Below are positions 1 to 10,216 of a stretch of 64,000 bases of DNA, in pieces. Below the pieces are notes generated by a model. It did no database searches. It was not told where the DNA came from and saw only the letters and a program-made list of their open reading frames with translations. The DNA comes from Candidatus Bathyarchaeia archaeon (GTDB lineage Archaea > Thermoproteota > Bathyarchaeia > Bathyarchaeales > Bathycorpusculaceae): assembly GCA_050012255.1 (NCBI GenBank), contig JBEKHN010000007.1, positions 32,001 to 96,000 of the forward strand. Reading direction: 5' to 3'. The translations under genes were made by a program, and so were the position numbers. The stretch's first letter is position 1. Every line of letters starts with the position of its first letter.

Positions 1-507
1 CGTGTCGATTTCTGTTACTACTACCGATTGTCTACCGATTGCATTCTTAATGGTTATGAACTTCAAATATGAATCAGGGATATGTCTACCACGCGCATTA
101 CGGTTTCCTTCACTGATGTCTCACCGAAATGGAGCTTATGCTAAATATCCCAAAACGAGTGAGCGTGCATGCGCGTTATTGAATTCTTTTTCTGGGTGTG
201 ACAGGGCTGAATGAAGTGTCTCACAGCATTTTTGCGGCTTAAATTATTGTCACCACAAATAAAGTAGGCAAACCCAAAAGAACGGAACCCTTCAGAAAAG
301 CGAATTAGGACCAGGCCAATAGCGGTGAACGCGCGCACTTTGCATCGTCAACGGCAAATGCTTAGGTGACGTGAAAAAGAGAAACCAGTCCACAATCTTC
401 GCCCACCTTAATCTCACGCTCTTGCAGCGGATTAATCTCTAAACTCAAAGAATCTAAACTAGGATTGACATAACTACGATCAAGATGGCTTATTAGGTCC
501 ATGATGG

Positions 508-623
508 TGGTGCCGGGGGCGGGATTCGAGCCCGCGACCTCTGGACATCAGGCGCTCACATGCCCCGTTCTTTGTTCTCCAGATTATGAGTCTGGCGCCC
601 TGGCCAGGCTAGGCTACCCCGGC
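508..623 (-). tRNA. tRNA-Met(CAT), elongator type, with a 38-nt intron at position 45/46 (539..576)
   Basis: Reverse strand reads GCCGGGG...CCAGA-CTCATAA-TCTGG-AG[intron]GTC-GCGGG-CTCGAAT-CCCGC-CCCCGGC-A-CCA. The acceptor stem pairs, CCA is encoded and the mature length is 78 nt. Confidence 0.92.
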
Positions 624-864
624 CGTCCTGCCTTGGCAAATTTGGATTAGCTAAGCCTTGATTTAAGGGTATTTGGTTCCTCACTTTTTCCCGAAACCGC
701 TCATCTATCTTTGCTCAGAGACCGGTTTTGTCCCGTTTGAAGTCATGATTCTTTGGTAGACATTGCTGGCTCCGCAGAGCGTCTCGTAAGGTTTTCTTTT
801 TTGGGAATATTGCGGTTACAGAATAAAGTATTATATATTAAGATACCCTGTATGCCTTAAGAGG

Positions 865-1182
865 GTGAGCCAGATGTTGGAAAAAACGGAGATAGGCGAG
901 CACACCGACCAAGATGAAGAGACCGATATAAGAGAGAAGATAGAAATCACCCTGCGCAGGCTGCAAGAATTGAAAGGAAGAGTGGCGGAACTGAAACGCA
1001 GATGCGAAGAACTCCGACAGATGGAGTCAGAGCGCACGGAAGAAGAAGACGTGGAAAACACGTTGCGGTGCGACAAGTGCGGACGCGCACTGGACCCAGA
1101 GCAGCAAGTTGCGGTCAAAGATTCTGACGGCGTGGAGCGAAGCCACTACCACAAAGAGTGCTTCCAGACATTGTTCAAGTGA
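865..1182 (+). CDS. Hypothetical protein: coiled coil plus C-terminal CxxC...HxxC zinc-binding motif
   Basis: CDKC...YHKEC motif; TATA-like TTATATA at ~830. Confidence 0.7.
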   Translation: MSQMLEKTEIGEHTDQDEETDIREKIEITLRRLQELKGRVAELKRRCEELRQMESERTEEEDVENTLRCDKCGRALDPEQQVAVKDSDGVERSHYHKECFQTLFK

Positions 1183-1209
1183 TAAGGCTCAGTTCGAGAA
1201 CGGAAAAAT

Positions 1210-1917
1210 CTATTTCTTCTTCAGCTTCTCTACGCCAGAACTCTTTCCAATGTACACTATGTCTGCCATTCCAACGAAGAGCCCCGTCTCCACGACTCCT
1301 GAAACAGCTTTTAGGTCTCGTGCCAAGTCAGTAGGCTTGCGTATAAGTCCAAAATCCACGTCGAGGATCACGTTGCCGTTGTCCGTTATGACCGGCCCAA
1401 CTTTTCCCGTCCCTTCCCTGATGATAGGCGTTCCACCGATCTCTTTCAGTATGCGCATCGCGAAAGGCAATGCCAAAGGCAACACTTCTATCGGCACTGG
1501 CTGACCGTTTTCACCGAGTACTCTAACCTTTTTACTCGCATCTGCAACGATGATGTTCTGCTTGGAGGCGCAGGCAACAATCTTCTCGCGCGTCAAGGCC
1601 CCGCCCATCCCTTTGATCAGGTTCAATTCCACATCAACCTGGTCTGCACCGTCAATCGTCACATCCAACACAGGATGCTCATCAAGCGTCGTTACTGGAA
1701 TTCCATGCTTGACGGCAAACATGAAAGCTTGATACGAGGTTGGAACGCCAAAAACGTGCAGTCTCTTGCGTGCAATTTCGCTTCCGATCTCTTCGATGGC
1801 GTAGGCCGCCGTGCTACCGCTTCCCAAGCCCACGATGAAACCGTCTTTCACGTGTTTGACGGCTTCCAAGGCCGCCATTTTCTTCGCCGTTTCAACCCAT
1901 TCGCTCTTAGGATTCAA
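1210..1917 (-). CDS. rpiA: Ribose-5-phosphate isomerase A
   Basis: GLGSGSTA, IDGADQVD, LIKGMGGALTREKI and ITDNGN motifs. Confidence 0.97.
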   Translation of the reverse strand: MNPKSEWVETAKKMAALEAVKHVKDGFIVGLGSGSTAAYAIEEIGSEIARKRLHVFGVPTSYQAFMFAVKHGIPVTTLDEHPVLDVTIDGADQVDVELNLIKGMGGALTREKIVACASKQNIIVADASKKVRVLGENGQPVPIEVLPLALPFAMRILKEIGGTPIIREGTGKVGPVITDNGNVILDVDFGLIRKPTDLARDLKAVSGVVETGLFVGMADIVYIGKSSGVEKLKKK

Positions 1918-2605
1918 TCTCCATCTGCCCCAGCCTGTCTAGAACCTTTTCCACTTCTGACCGGATTTCCTCAATCCTTTTTTCAGCTTCAGTCCTTGGA
2001 CTGGCCTTGGCCGGCGCTTGTTTCTTCTTTCTCTTGGCCTTTTCTTCGGCGCCAGCTTTCTCCTCCGAACCCGGTGTCTCGGCTTCCGCAGTTTTAGGTG
2101 CGATAGCTATCTCCTTTATCGATCTAACCTCTGTTTTGGAGCGCAGTTCGTCGATTTTTGAGGTGAGTTCGTCGAAGCGGTCGCTGAACAGTTTCATCAG
2201 GTCTTCTTGCATGGTTTCAAGCTCATGCAGAGCAACTAGAGACTCGTCCTTCGAAATAGCGTCCTTCACGGTCATCATTCTGGACTTGTACGTCTGTGCG
2301 AGTCTCTCCCTCTCTTCCTCGGTTATTTTTCCTTCGGCATGAGCCTCGTACAGCCTCCGGATAGCGTCGCTTAGGATTTCCCTCTCCAAGTCCAATATTC
2401 GCAGCTCGTCTCTGGCGTGTGAAGCATCTTCTGTTGGAACACTCTTAACGACCTTGAAGGGATAGCCTCTAAGTTCAGGTGGAACCATTGCCTCTTTGCG
2501 GATTCTCTCCTTCTTCGGCCGCTTTCTCATCGCGAAAATCACGATTACACAGGCGATAATTGCCCCTACTGCGATGAGTGTGATTGTTAGGGGATCAAGG
2601 GACAA
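1907..2605 (-). CDS. Membrane-anchored coiled-coil hypothetical protein
   Basis: N-terminal TM helix followed by a basic patch and long charged helices; overlaps the rpiA start. Confidence 0.8.
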   Translation of the reverse strand: MSLDPLTITLIAVGAIIACVIVIFAMRKRPKKERIRKEAMVPPELRGYPFKVVKSVPTEDASHARDELRILDLEREILSDAIRRLYEAHAEGKITEEERERLAQTYKSRMMTVKDAISKDESLVALHELETMQEDLMKLFSDRFDELTSKIDELRSKTEVRSIKEIAIAPKTAEAETPGSEEKAGAEEKAKRKKKQAPAKASPRTEAEKRIEEIRSEVEKVLDRLGQMEIES

Positions 2606-2726
2606 TAACCAATTCCCTCTCTATCTTCATTGCTTACTGTCCATATATAAATTGTTTAATCGAATCGCACGGAAGGTTCCGCCCCGTAACAAAAAAGATT
2701 TCAGCCGAGACTACCAGTTTCTACTG

Positions 2727-2969
2727 CTATTTGACGAGGACGCCGACGAGCTTAACCCTTTCAACAACGTCATCTCCGTGAGGCGCGAGCGCCATCTCTT
2801 CCGTCAAGTCTCTCCCAGCCGCGTGCTCACCCTGATGGTCACCTCCCGTCCAAAGGAAATCATCCGTGACATCGTAGACCTTGCCTTTGTAAGCTACGTA
2901 AGCCGGCCTTCCATCCTTCCCATCATGGTTTTTCAGTTCTTCCAGCGTGAACTTTCTCTCAGCACTCAC
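2727..2969 (-). CDS. Cytochrome b5-like heme/steroid-binding domain protein
   Basis: FTLEELKNHDG...AYVAYKGKVYDVT...HAAGRDLT. Start reassigned to GTG 2969 because the longer ORF overlaps tRNA-Thr. Confidence 0.9.
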   Translation of the reverse strand: MSAERKFTLEELKNHDGKDGRPAYVAYKGKVYDVTDDFLWTGGDHQGEHAAGRDLTEEMALAPHGDDVVERVKLVGVLVK

Positions 2970-3052
2970 GACATCATCACTCTGACGAATTAAACGATTG
3001 AAGGTTATTTGAGATTTGCGGACCGAAGCAGAGAACCGCCATGAAAGAAACA

Positions 3053-3130
3053 TGGAGCCTCGGGCGGGATTTGAACCCGCGACCCCCGCCTTACCAAGGC
3101 GGAGCCCCAACCGAGCTAGGCTACCGAGGC
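3053..3130 (-). tRNA. tRNA-Thr(GGT)
   Basis: GCCTCGG...CCGCC-TTGGTAA-GGCGG...GGTTCAAATCC...CCGAGGC-T-CCA. Confidence 0.95.
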
Positions 3131-3385
3131 ACACGTGCACACCCTATTAGTGACAAACGGTTTCTTATGTTTTGAGGCTTCCAGAACCCTTCAAGTCAAG
3201 AAACGATCCTTGTAGCAGGCGTTGAAAAGAATAATGTTATCGCATTAAGGTTTGGAAGTCATTATTTGCATGTGTTTTGTTGGTGTAATGGTTCAACGTG
3301 TGCCCACTGCTGGATAGAACTTAGTATCAGAATTCTTAAATACAATGAACACGCAGTACTAGTCTAGACGTTGGGAGACGGGAGA

Positions 3386-4981
3386 ATGGACAAGAGAAAG
3401 GCAGCAGTGTTAATAGTGCTCTTTCTCATGGTTCTTTCCCTAGTCAGAATGAACCCGTCTGTTAAAGCCGACCTGGGAACCCCTATCGACAGCGGATGGG
3501 CCTCGCCACCGCCAGTCATAAATGGAAATATCACGGCGGGCGAATGGGCAAATGCAACGGTTCGTGATTTTACAATCCAAATGAGAAGCCGATTAGACGG
3601 TAGTATAAACAAGACACTCAATGGCAGATTGTATGTTGAAAACAACTTGACTTATGTCTTCTTGGCGGTCCAGATTTTCAACGATGACTATGAGGCGCAT
3701 GACTTCGGCGGTCACTGGAAGGGGCTTGCTGTTTTGTTTAGCGATAATGACAGTAGCACTTTAGTCGTAGGCGATAACGGAGAGGGAGTTACCACTTATG
3801 TTTCCTCACCGTTCTATACAAATAACGATCTATATTACACCGGAGGCGGACCTGGCGCCTGGGATGCAGACGTTAGTGCTGGCAAAACCAACGACGGATC
3901 CATGAAATGGTCGCACACTAATGCAACCCAGGGTGCGCTTGGAAACTGGACCTTCGAGATGATGATTCCGCTTGTTGGAAGTGACGGGTCCTCGTACGAC
4001 TTCAACATCACTAGTCTGCCGTATACGGTCGGATTCAAAGTATGGTTCGAAGACAACTTCTACACACTGGATGCAGTTTACCCCGATGATCCGACAATTG
4101 CTAAGAGCATTTATCAAACATCAAATGCCTCGACTTTTGGCGATATTACATTCTATCCCTTATACAATCTAACTATGGTCACGACCATAGGTGGAACAAC
4201 AAACCCAGCTCCTGGACTGCATCAGTACGCCTACAACACAGTCGTCACCGCTACGGCAACTCCCGATCCCTGGTACGCGTTTGACCACTGGGAACTTGAC
4301 AGTGTCAACGTGGGAACAACCAACCCCTACAACGTCACGATGAACCAGAACCACACGTTGAAAGCCTTCTTCCACCCTCTATACGCGCTGAACATCACCA
4401 CAACCGCCGGGGGAACAACAACCCCAGCTCCAGGCACGTACATTTACGACAACGGAACACTCGTCAACGTGACAGCAACAGCGAACCTTGGATACGACTT
4501 CGACCATTGGATACTTGACGGCTTTGACGTGGGCACGAGCAACCCGTACCACGTTTTGATGACTCAGAACCACACGTTGAACGCCGTGTTCGTGATCCTG
4601 CCCTCAGTCACCATCAGCCCCACAGCCATCACTATAACCCTTGGAAACTCTGTCCTGTTTACCTCAATCGTAACAGGGGGAACAGCTCCATACTCTTACC
4701 AGTGGTACTTGGGCACGAGCCCATACCTAGGTGCAACATCCAGCTCATGGACATTCACTCCAGGATCAATCGGCACCTACTACGTGTATCTAAACGTGAC
4801 AGACCTCAGAGGCCGAATCGCCGTCTCCAACACTTCAAAAGTCATCGTGATCCCCATCGCAGTAGGAGGATACACCGTTTCGCTGGAGAGAACAGCGTCA
4901 ACCCTTCCGATCTTCTGCTACGGCGCGCTCATCGCAGCCTTCGGAACTGTAACTAGCATAATTAGACGCAAGAAAAAGTGA
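3386..4981 (+). CDS. Secreted, membrane-anchored surface protein: CBM9/DOMON-like domain, two InlB-B/Flg_new-like repeats, PKD/Ig-like domain, C-terminal TM anchor
   Basis: Signal peptide; PVINGNITAGEW; two ~74-aa GGTTxPAPG...FDHW...NHTL repeats; GGTAPYSYQWY; VGG-TM-RRKKK tail; many NxS/T sequons. Confidence 0.85.
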   Translation: MDKRKAAVLIVLFLMVLSLVRMNPSVKADLGTPIDSGWASPPPVINGNITAGEWANATVRDFTIQMRSRLDGSINKTLNGRLYVENNLTYVFLAVQIFNDDYEAHDFGGHWKGLAVLFSDNDSSTLVVGDNGEGVTTYVSSPFYTNNDLYYTGGGPGAWDADVSAGKTNDGSMKWSHTNATQGALGNWTFEMMIPLVGSDGSSYDFNITSLPYTVGFKVWFEDNFYTLDAVYPDDPTIAKSIYQTSNASTFGDITFYPLYNLTMVTTIGGTTNPAPGLHQYAYNTVVTATATPDPWYAFDHWELDSVNVGTTNPYNVTMNQNHTLKAFFHPLYALNITTTAGGTTTPAPGTYIYDNGTLVNVTATANLGYDFDHWILDGFDVGTSNPYHVLMTQNHTLNAVFVILPSVTISPTAITITLGNSVLFTSIVTGGTAPYSYQWYLGTSPYLGATSSSWTFTPGSIGTYYVYLNVTDLRGRIAVSNTSKVIVIPIAVGGYTVSLERTASTLPIFCYGALIAAFGTVTSIIRRKKK

Positions 4982-5222
4982 CAGCTCCAATCGCCCCAGA
5001 ACGGTGCTGCTTTTCTGGTGAGAACAAACCAAACAACGACGAAGCCCAAATTCCTCAAGAAACCTGTCAACAGCCAACTCATGCGGCACCTTTTTTTATG
5101 GCTGATGATTCTTGATTCTTCAATTACAATACAGACCGTTTCTTGGGCTTTAAAAATTCCTGAACCCCACAACTAAACAAATATAAAAGAAAACACAGTT
5201 TCAACATCTGAAGACCACCATT

Positions 5223-5340
5223 GCGGGGGTGTCCGAGTCTGGCCAAAGGAGACAGGCTTAGGAAAGCGTCGACGATGCACGAGCTTTATGAAACCTGTTG
5301 CCGCAGGGCTGCGTGGGTTCAAACCCCATCCCCCGCACCA
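5223..5340 (+). tRNA. tRNA-Leu(TAG) with a canonical 30-nt 37/38 intron (5263..5292)
   Basis: GCGGGGG...ACAGG-CTTAGG[intron]A-CCTGT, long variable arm, GGTTCAAAC, CCCCCGC-A-CCA; TATA-like AATATAAA at ~5180. Confidence 0.95.
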
Positions 5341-5511
5341 CAATTTCAGCCCTATTTCAAGCTTATTTCAGCTGAACAAGCACAATTCAAGACGTTGTAA
5401 ACGGGCGCGCGTTTCCTTATTAGTTATCTGAGAATGTGAGGTTAAATGTGAAAGTGTTCCCAAACGCCTTTAGCCCTCATACTAAAGTAAGGCATGTGCT
5501 GTCTTTGAGGG

Positions 5512-6255
5512 ATGGAAATGGAAAAACTCGTCAGCTCGATGTATGAACGCTTAGTCTCTCTTATGATTGAAAATCTTGATTTCGAAAGAGCATCGGTCAT
5601 CCTTGAGGTCGGTGCAGGCAGGGGGCAGCTGACAATTCCACTTGTGAGAAGACTCGGGAGAACCAAGGGCGATTTTAGATTGATTGCCCTTGACACTTCA
5701 GCGGGACCATAAAAGGGCGCCTTGGAGACTCTGAAGCGGGATTTGCGAAAAGAAAAACTTGAGGATCTTGTTACGGTCGTCCACGGCGATGTCAGAAACA
5801 TGAGTGCGATGGAAACTGAAAGTACCGACATGATCATTTCGAACGAGACTTTGTGTGAATTGAACAGGGAAGGGCTTGAAAAGGCTGTTCAGGAGTTTCA
5901 CCGAATCCTGAAGCCTTATGGCGAGATGGGGCATGGCGAACTCGTCCCCGTTGCTGAAAACGAAGCATAGAAGCTGGTCATCGATGCGAATGCCAATTCG
6001 ATGGAGACATCGCTGCCGAAGCCAGAATGGTTTTCGCCCTTCTCGGACGAAGTCGTGGTGCTGATGCACAGGACAGGTTTCAAGAACATAAGAACTGCGT
6101 ATCTTGAGACAAGAGTAGAAATGGATTGTGACACGGCAACAAGCAAGTTGAAGGAATGGGCGGTCCATCCGTCGTGGGTTGAGGAGCATCTTAATGACCT
6201 TAAGAGGTTTGGCCTAGAACTTCCAATGGAACACGTCGTCTTCTGCGAGAAATAA
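5512..6255 (+). pseudogene. Class I SAM-dependent methyltransferase interrupted by two in-frame stops
   Basis: Three ORFs in one frame (ILEVGAGRG; HGDV; RILKPYG) separated by TAA 5710-5712 and TAG 5968-5970. Confidence 0.88.
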
Positions 6256-6373
6256 AGCGCGCACTTTTTCGTCTTTCCAAGCAGGATTTGAGAGTGCGAA
6301 GTTGAACGGGAAAGTGGAACATTAGATTTATTAATGTTACCGTCAATGCATTAAGGTTAAAGGCGTATGGAAA

Positions 6374-6730
6374 ATGTCGCTCGGATCCAAGCTGAGGATT
6401 GAGAGCTGGGGGATGTTCGCAACATCTGTTTTCTACGCAATCGTCGGCATAGCATTTCTTGCTCTTTTGCCTCTGAGTGGCTTCCCACCGCACGTTGGGA
6501 TCCTCGGCATACTAAGCCTGATTGCCGCCTATGGCATGTTTAGGAAGAGAGCTTGGTCGTTCTGGTTTATCATAATCTTGTTCTTTACTAGCACAACTTT
6601 CTCATCGTATGTCATATACAGTGTTTTGACAAGAGATTATCTTCTCGGCGTCGGAATGATTTTCTATCTCATTCTAACATGGGTCTTCACGGCATACGCC
6701 GCAAACAAGAGAAAAGTTCTTGAAGAATGA
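6374..6730 (+). CDS. Small 4-TM membrane protein
   Basis: Four hydrophobic segments. Confidence 0.75.
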   Translation: MSLGSKLRIESWGMFATSVFYAIVGIAFLALLPLSGFPPHVGILGILSLIAAYGMFRKRAWSFWFIIILFFTSTTFSSYVIYSVLTRDYLLGVGMIFYLILTWVFTAYAANKRKVLEE

Positions 6731-6793
6731 GGACATCTTTTCTCGTTTTGTGTAATCGCGCCAACATTCGTCTTCTCAAATTCTCTTTGTCGT

Positions 6794-8035
6794 TTACGGC
6801 ATTTTTCGAAAAAGTCGCACCGCGACTTCCTCGTCTGCATCCACGAATTGCACGTTTTCAGGTATCTCGACATAACCATCTGCTCTCATGAGGGTCGTTA
6901 TCGCTCCAGAATCCCCAGCTAGAATAGGCTCGGCCACAGTCCTGTTTAGCCTATCGCGCTTCAGGGCTACCATGACAAATGTTCTTCTTCCCTTTGCCGG
7001 GAACATCCTTACCATTGTTATAGCCTTCACTTCTAAGTCTTCCTCTGCTCTTCTCCCTCCCATTGCCTGTATTATCGGGCGGGCAAGTAGATGGAAAACC
7101 AACAATGCAGATGTAGGATGTCCAGGAAGCGAGAACACTGGTTTATCACGAATCAGCCCTATCGTCGTGGGTTTTCCAGGCTTGATAGCGATTCCAGATA
7201 TGATCGTGCCGGGTTTTCCGAGAGAAGCCAACGCTTTTGGCATAACATCTTTTGGGCCTACCGAGACACCGCCAGATGTTACCACAACGTCGGCGGAGGC
7301 CAAAGCGTGCCTCAACGCTTTCTGAAGCTTGACGAGGTCATCAGGGAAAACGCCGAGAAAAATAGGCTTCCCCCCGCTTTCGATCACAGCTGCGCTCAGG
7401 CTGTACGCGTTGATGTCATAAATCTTCCCATTGAGCAGGCTTCTGCCTGGCTCGGTTACCTCAGCTCCTGTCGAAAAAACTGCTACCCGAGGAACCATGT
7501 AAACCTTGACTCTCGCCATGCCCAAGGCAGCCAGAACACCGACTTCTCTCGAATCCAGCAGTTTGCCAGATTTGAGAACAGTCTCGCCTTTTCCGATGTC
7601 TTGTCCTGCCTTCATTATGTTCTCATGCCTTGCGACTGCGCTGAAGACACGAATACGGTTGGCCTTTCTTTCAGTCTGCTCAACCATGACAACAGCGTCT
7701 GCGCCTTCGGGAATGGGTGCTCCTGTGACTATTTCTGCTGCTTCTTTCTTTCTGACAACTATCTTAGGAGCTTCGCCAACGCGCACTGCTCCGTGGGCCA
7801 TCAGCGCAATCGGTCTGTTTTCCTCGGCACCAAAGGTGTCTTGCGCCTTGACAGCGTATCCGTCAACTGTTGACCGATCAAATGGTGGGATGTCTCTGCT
7901 GGCCGTTATGTCTTGTGCTAGAACACGGCTGCTAGCCTCCAGAAGCGAAATCTCTTCAATGCCCAAATGCCTAGGTCTGAATCGTTCTAGAATGACTTTT
8001 TTTGCCTCTTCAAAAGTCAACAGTTTCCTAAACAT
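6794..8035 (-). CDS. moeA: Molybdopterin molybdotransferase MoeA
   Basis: PPFDRSTVDGYAV, TGAPIPEGADAVVMVE, SGGVSVG, KPGKPT, LPGHP. Confidence 0.96.
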   Translation of the reverse strand: MFRKLLTFEEAKKVILERFRPRHLGIEEISLLEASSRVLAQDITASRDIPPFDRSTVDGYAVKAQDTFGAEENRPIALMAHGAVRVGEAPKIVVRKKEAAEIVTGAPIPEGADAVVMVEQTERKANRIRVFSAVARHENIMKAGQDIGKGETVLKSGKLLDSREVGVLAALGMARVKVYMVPRVAVFSTGAEVTEPGRSLLNGKIYDINAYSLSAAVIESGGKPIFLGVFPDDLVKLQKALRHALASADVVVTSGGVSVGPKDVMPKALASLGKPGTIISGIAIKPGKPTTIGLIRDKPVFSLPGHPTSALLVFHLLARPIIQAMGGRRAEEDLEVKAITMVRMFPAKGRRTFVMVALKRDRLNRTVAEPILAGDSGAITTLMRADGYVEIPENVQFVDADEEVAVRLFRKMP

Positions 8036-9275
8036 AATCTCCAATCGCCTTTAAATCGTCAAACATGTGCACCGAGACAATGTCTCCTTCTTCTAAGCCT
8101 TCTACGTTTTCTGGCACGACGGTATAACCGTTAGATCTTGTCATAGTGGAAATCAGACTTGAACCTCGAGTGCTGATAGGTTCAGCGAGGAAATCATCAT
8201 ACTTTTGAAGAACGCGGACACGAACGAAATTCTTCCTTCCTAGGGTGGTAGCGATTCTCCTAGTCATTCTTGCCCTCAACATGGGTCTCGGCTCTACCCG
8301 TTTAAGCCCCAGCATCCTGCTCACTAACGGTCTGCCAAAAACCTCGAAGCTCAGCATAGCGGCAACAGGGTTGCCTGGGAGTACGATGATGGGCTTGTCT
8401 TTAACGATTGCCAGCGCCGTTGGCATGCCTGGACGCATTGCTACGCCATGAACGATGACGCCTGGCTCTCCAACCTTGTTAACAGTTTCTGGAACGAGAT
8501 CAAGGCCCCCGACACTGGTTCCACCAGAACTGATCACGCCATCAGCTTTCACAAGGCCTAGCCTCAGCTTTTCCGAGATTTCATCTACATCATCCCTTGC
8601 AATGCCCAAATCTAGAGTTTGTGCTCCTAGCTCATTGCATAATGCACATAGAACAGTTCTGTTCGTGTCAAATACCTGTTCTCTTCGCAGTTTACAACCC
8701 AACTCAACAAGCTCATTTCCAGTTGCCAAAATGGCAATCCTGGGCCTTCGAAAGACCTTTACGTCGGCGATGCCAAAGGCAGCTATCAGTCCCAGATGCT
8801 GAGGCTTCAAACGAGTTCCCGCTTCGGCAACGACCTGTCCTTTTCGCACGTCTTCGCCCTTTTTCGAAACGTTTTCCCATCGAGTTAACGGGCTCAACAC
8901 GGCGATCTTGTCTCCACCCAGTTTAGCATTTTCCAGCATCACGACGGCGTCTGTGCGACTGGGAACCGAGTTGCCCGTCCACACCTGCTTTGCTTGGTTC
9001 TCGTTTATCACGTCCTTGTAGACGATCTTGAGAGTTTTTGGTCTATGCTGTGTTGCTTCGGCAGTGCTGTCGGCGTTTACAGCGTATCCATCAACTGCTG
9101 ACCTGTTAGTCCTCGGCAAATCCGTCCTTGCGATTATTTGTTCGGCTAGGACACGATTTAGGGCTAAGTGCAAGGGACTAGACGTTTCTTTCGGTTTGAT
9201 CCGCAACGTTCCAAGAAACGTTTGCAACGCGGTTTCTACTGAGACTAGTTTCTGAAATCCTCTCAATCGAACCAA
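8028..9275 (-). CDS. moeA: Second molybdopterin molybdotransferase MoeA paralog
   Basis: RSAVDGYAV, SGGTSVG, RPGMPT, LPGNP; tandem moeA pair typical of archaea; exact start uncertain. Confidence 0.95.
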   Translation of the reverse strand: MVRLRGFQKLVSVETALQTFLGTLRIKPKETSSPLHLALNRVLAEQIIARTDLPRTNRSAVDGYAVNADSTAEATQHRPKTLKIVYKDVINENQAKQVWTGNSVPSRTDAVVMLENAKLGGDKIAVLSPLTRWENVSKKGEDVRKGQVVAEAGTRLKPQHLGLIAAFGIADVKVFRRPRIAILATGNELVELGCKLRREQVFDTNRTVLCALCNELGAQTLDLGIARDDVDEISEKLRLGLVKADGVISSGGTSVGGLDLVPETVNKVGEPGVIVHGVAMRPGMPTALAIVKDKPIIVLPGNPVAAMLSFEVFGRPLVSRMLGLKRVEPRPMLRARMTRRIATTLGRKNFVRVRVLQKYDDFLAEPISTRGSSLISTMTRSNGYTVVPENVEGLEEGDIVSVHMFDDLKAIGDYV

Positions 9276-9330
9276 AACATGTCCCCTTGAAGCAGCACCA
9301 CAGGACAGTGTAAAAACGTATCGCACTTTC

Positions 9331-10197
9331 TTAACTCTTGTCTAACTCTTCTTGAAGTATGTCACGCATCTTCATTGCGTCCAGATCTAGGATTGGGCTT
9401 TCGCTTATGATGACTGGTTTCAACTGGAATTCAATGATGACCCTTGCAAGCAATCGGAAGTCTGGTCCATAACGTGCTTCCTGCAGCGTGTGATGGCGTC
9501 TTTCACCCTTGTCAGTGAACTCGATCTTTGTGAAGTGACAGTGCAAGTTCTTGAGAGCGTCAGTTCCAAGTCGGTTCTCAATGGCCTCCGCAACCTTGCG
9601 GAAATCCTCAACGCTTCTGAAACGCCCTCTGTCTCTTGCGTGAAGATGGGACCAATCAACAACCATTTGCGTGCGTTCAACTGTCTCGCACAGATTCAAA
9701 GCTTCGTCGAGGCTTCCCAGCTGACAAGTCCTGCCCATCGTTTCTGGTCCTATTCTAACGTTCCTAATCCCCAGGCTCAGCATATTTTCAACAACCTCTT
9801 CCAAGGCTTCTGAACACGTTTTAAGAGCTTCCATCGGCGATTTCCTGCCGTAGAAACCAGGATGGAAAACCACAACATGAGCACTCATCCATTCAGCGGC
9901 CGTTGCACACGCGATCAAGCGTTGTTTGCTTGCTTCAACAATTGTTCTTTCGCCGCAGAAGTTTATGAAGTAAGAACCGTGGAGACTGAGCCAAACGTCG
10001 TTCTGCTTGGCTTCCAGCTCTAGCTTCTGAGCCTCTTCTTTCCTCATTTGGGGCTTCTTTCCCCATTGAACGGCTTCATACTCGAAAGCGTCAAGTCCCT
10101 CTTCGCGTAGAAGTCTGGGAATGTCCGTCAAAGTAGCCTTCATAGACTTGAACAGTGGCGGAACCCCAGCTGGACCGAACCTGGGGCGTCGATCCAT
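9331..10197 (-). CDS. nfo: Endonuclease IV (AP endonuclease family 2)
   Basis: FGPAG, VFHPG, GPETMG, DWSHLHAR, HCHF, ISESP. Confidence 0.9.
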   Translation of the reverse strand: MDRRPRFGPAGVPPLFKSMKATLTDIPRLLREEGLDAFEYEAVQWGKKPQMRKEEAQKLELEAKQNDVWLSLHGSYFINFCGERTIVEASKQRLIACATAAEWMSAHVVVFHPGFYGRKSPMEALKTCSEALEEVVENMLSLGIRNVRIGPETMGRTCQLGSLDEALNLCETVERTQMVVDWSHLHARDRGRFRSVEDFRKVAEAIENRLGTDALKNLHCHFTKIEFTDKGERRHHTLQEARYGPDFRLLARVIIEFQLKPVIISESPILDLDAMKMRDILQEELDKS

Positions 10198-10216
10198 AGA
10201 AATCCCGTGAATCTGG

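Noticed and set aside
1-500. Integrated element downstream of tRNA-Met, and a possible gene start at 66 on the minus strand (MKFITIKNAIGRQSVVVTEIDT)
   Set aside because: No integrase or att duplicate is visible, and only 22 codons lie inside the window, too little to support a call.
2970-3140. N-terminal extension of the cytochrome b5-like ORF
   Set aside because: It overlaps tRNA-Thr; the real start is GTG 2969.
4155-4590. Tandem ~220-bp DNA repeats as diversity-generating retroelement template and variable regions
   Set aside because: They are two in-frame protein domain repeats, the differences are not adenine-specific, and there is no reverse transcriptase in the window.
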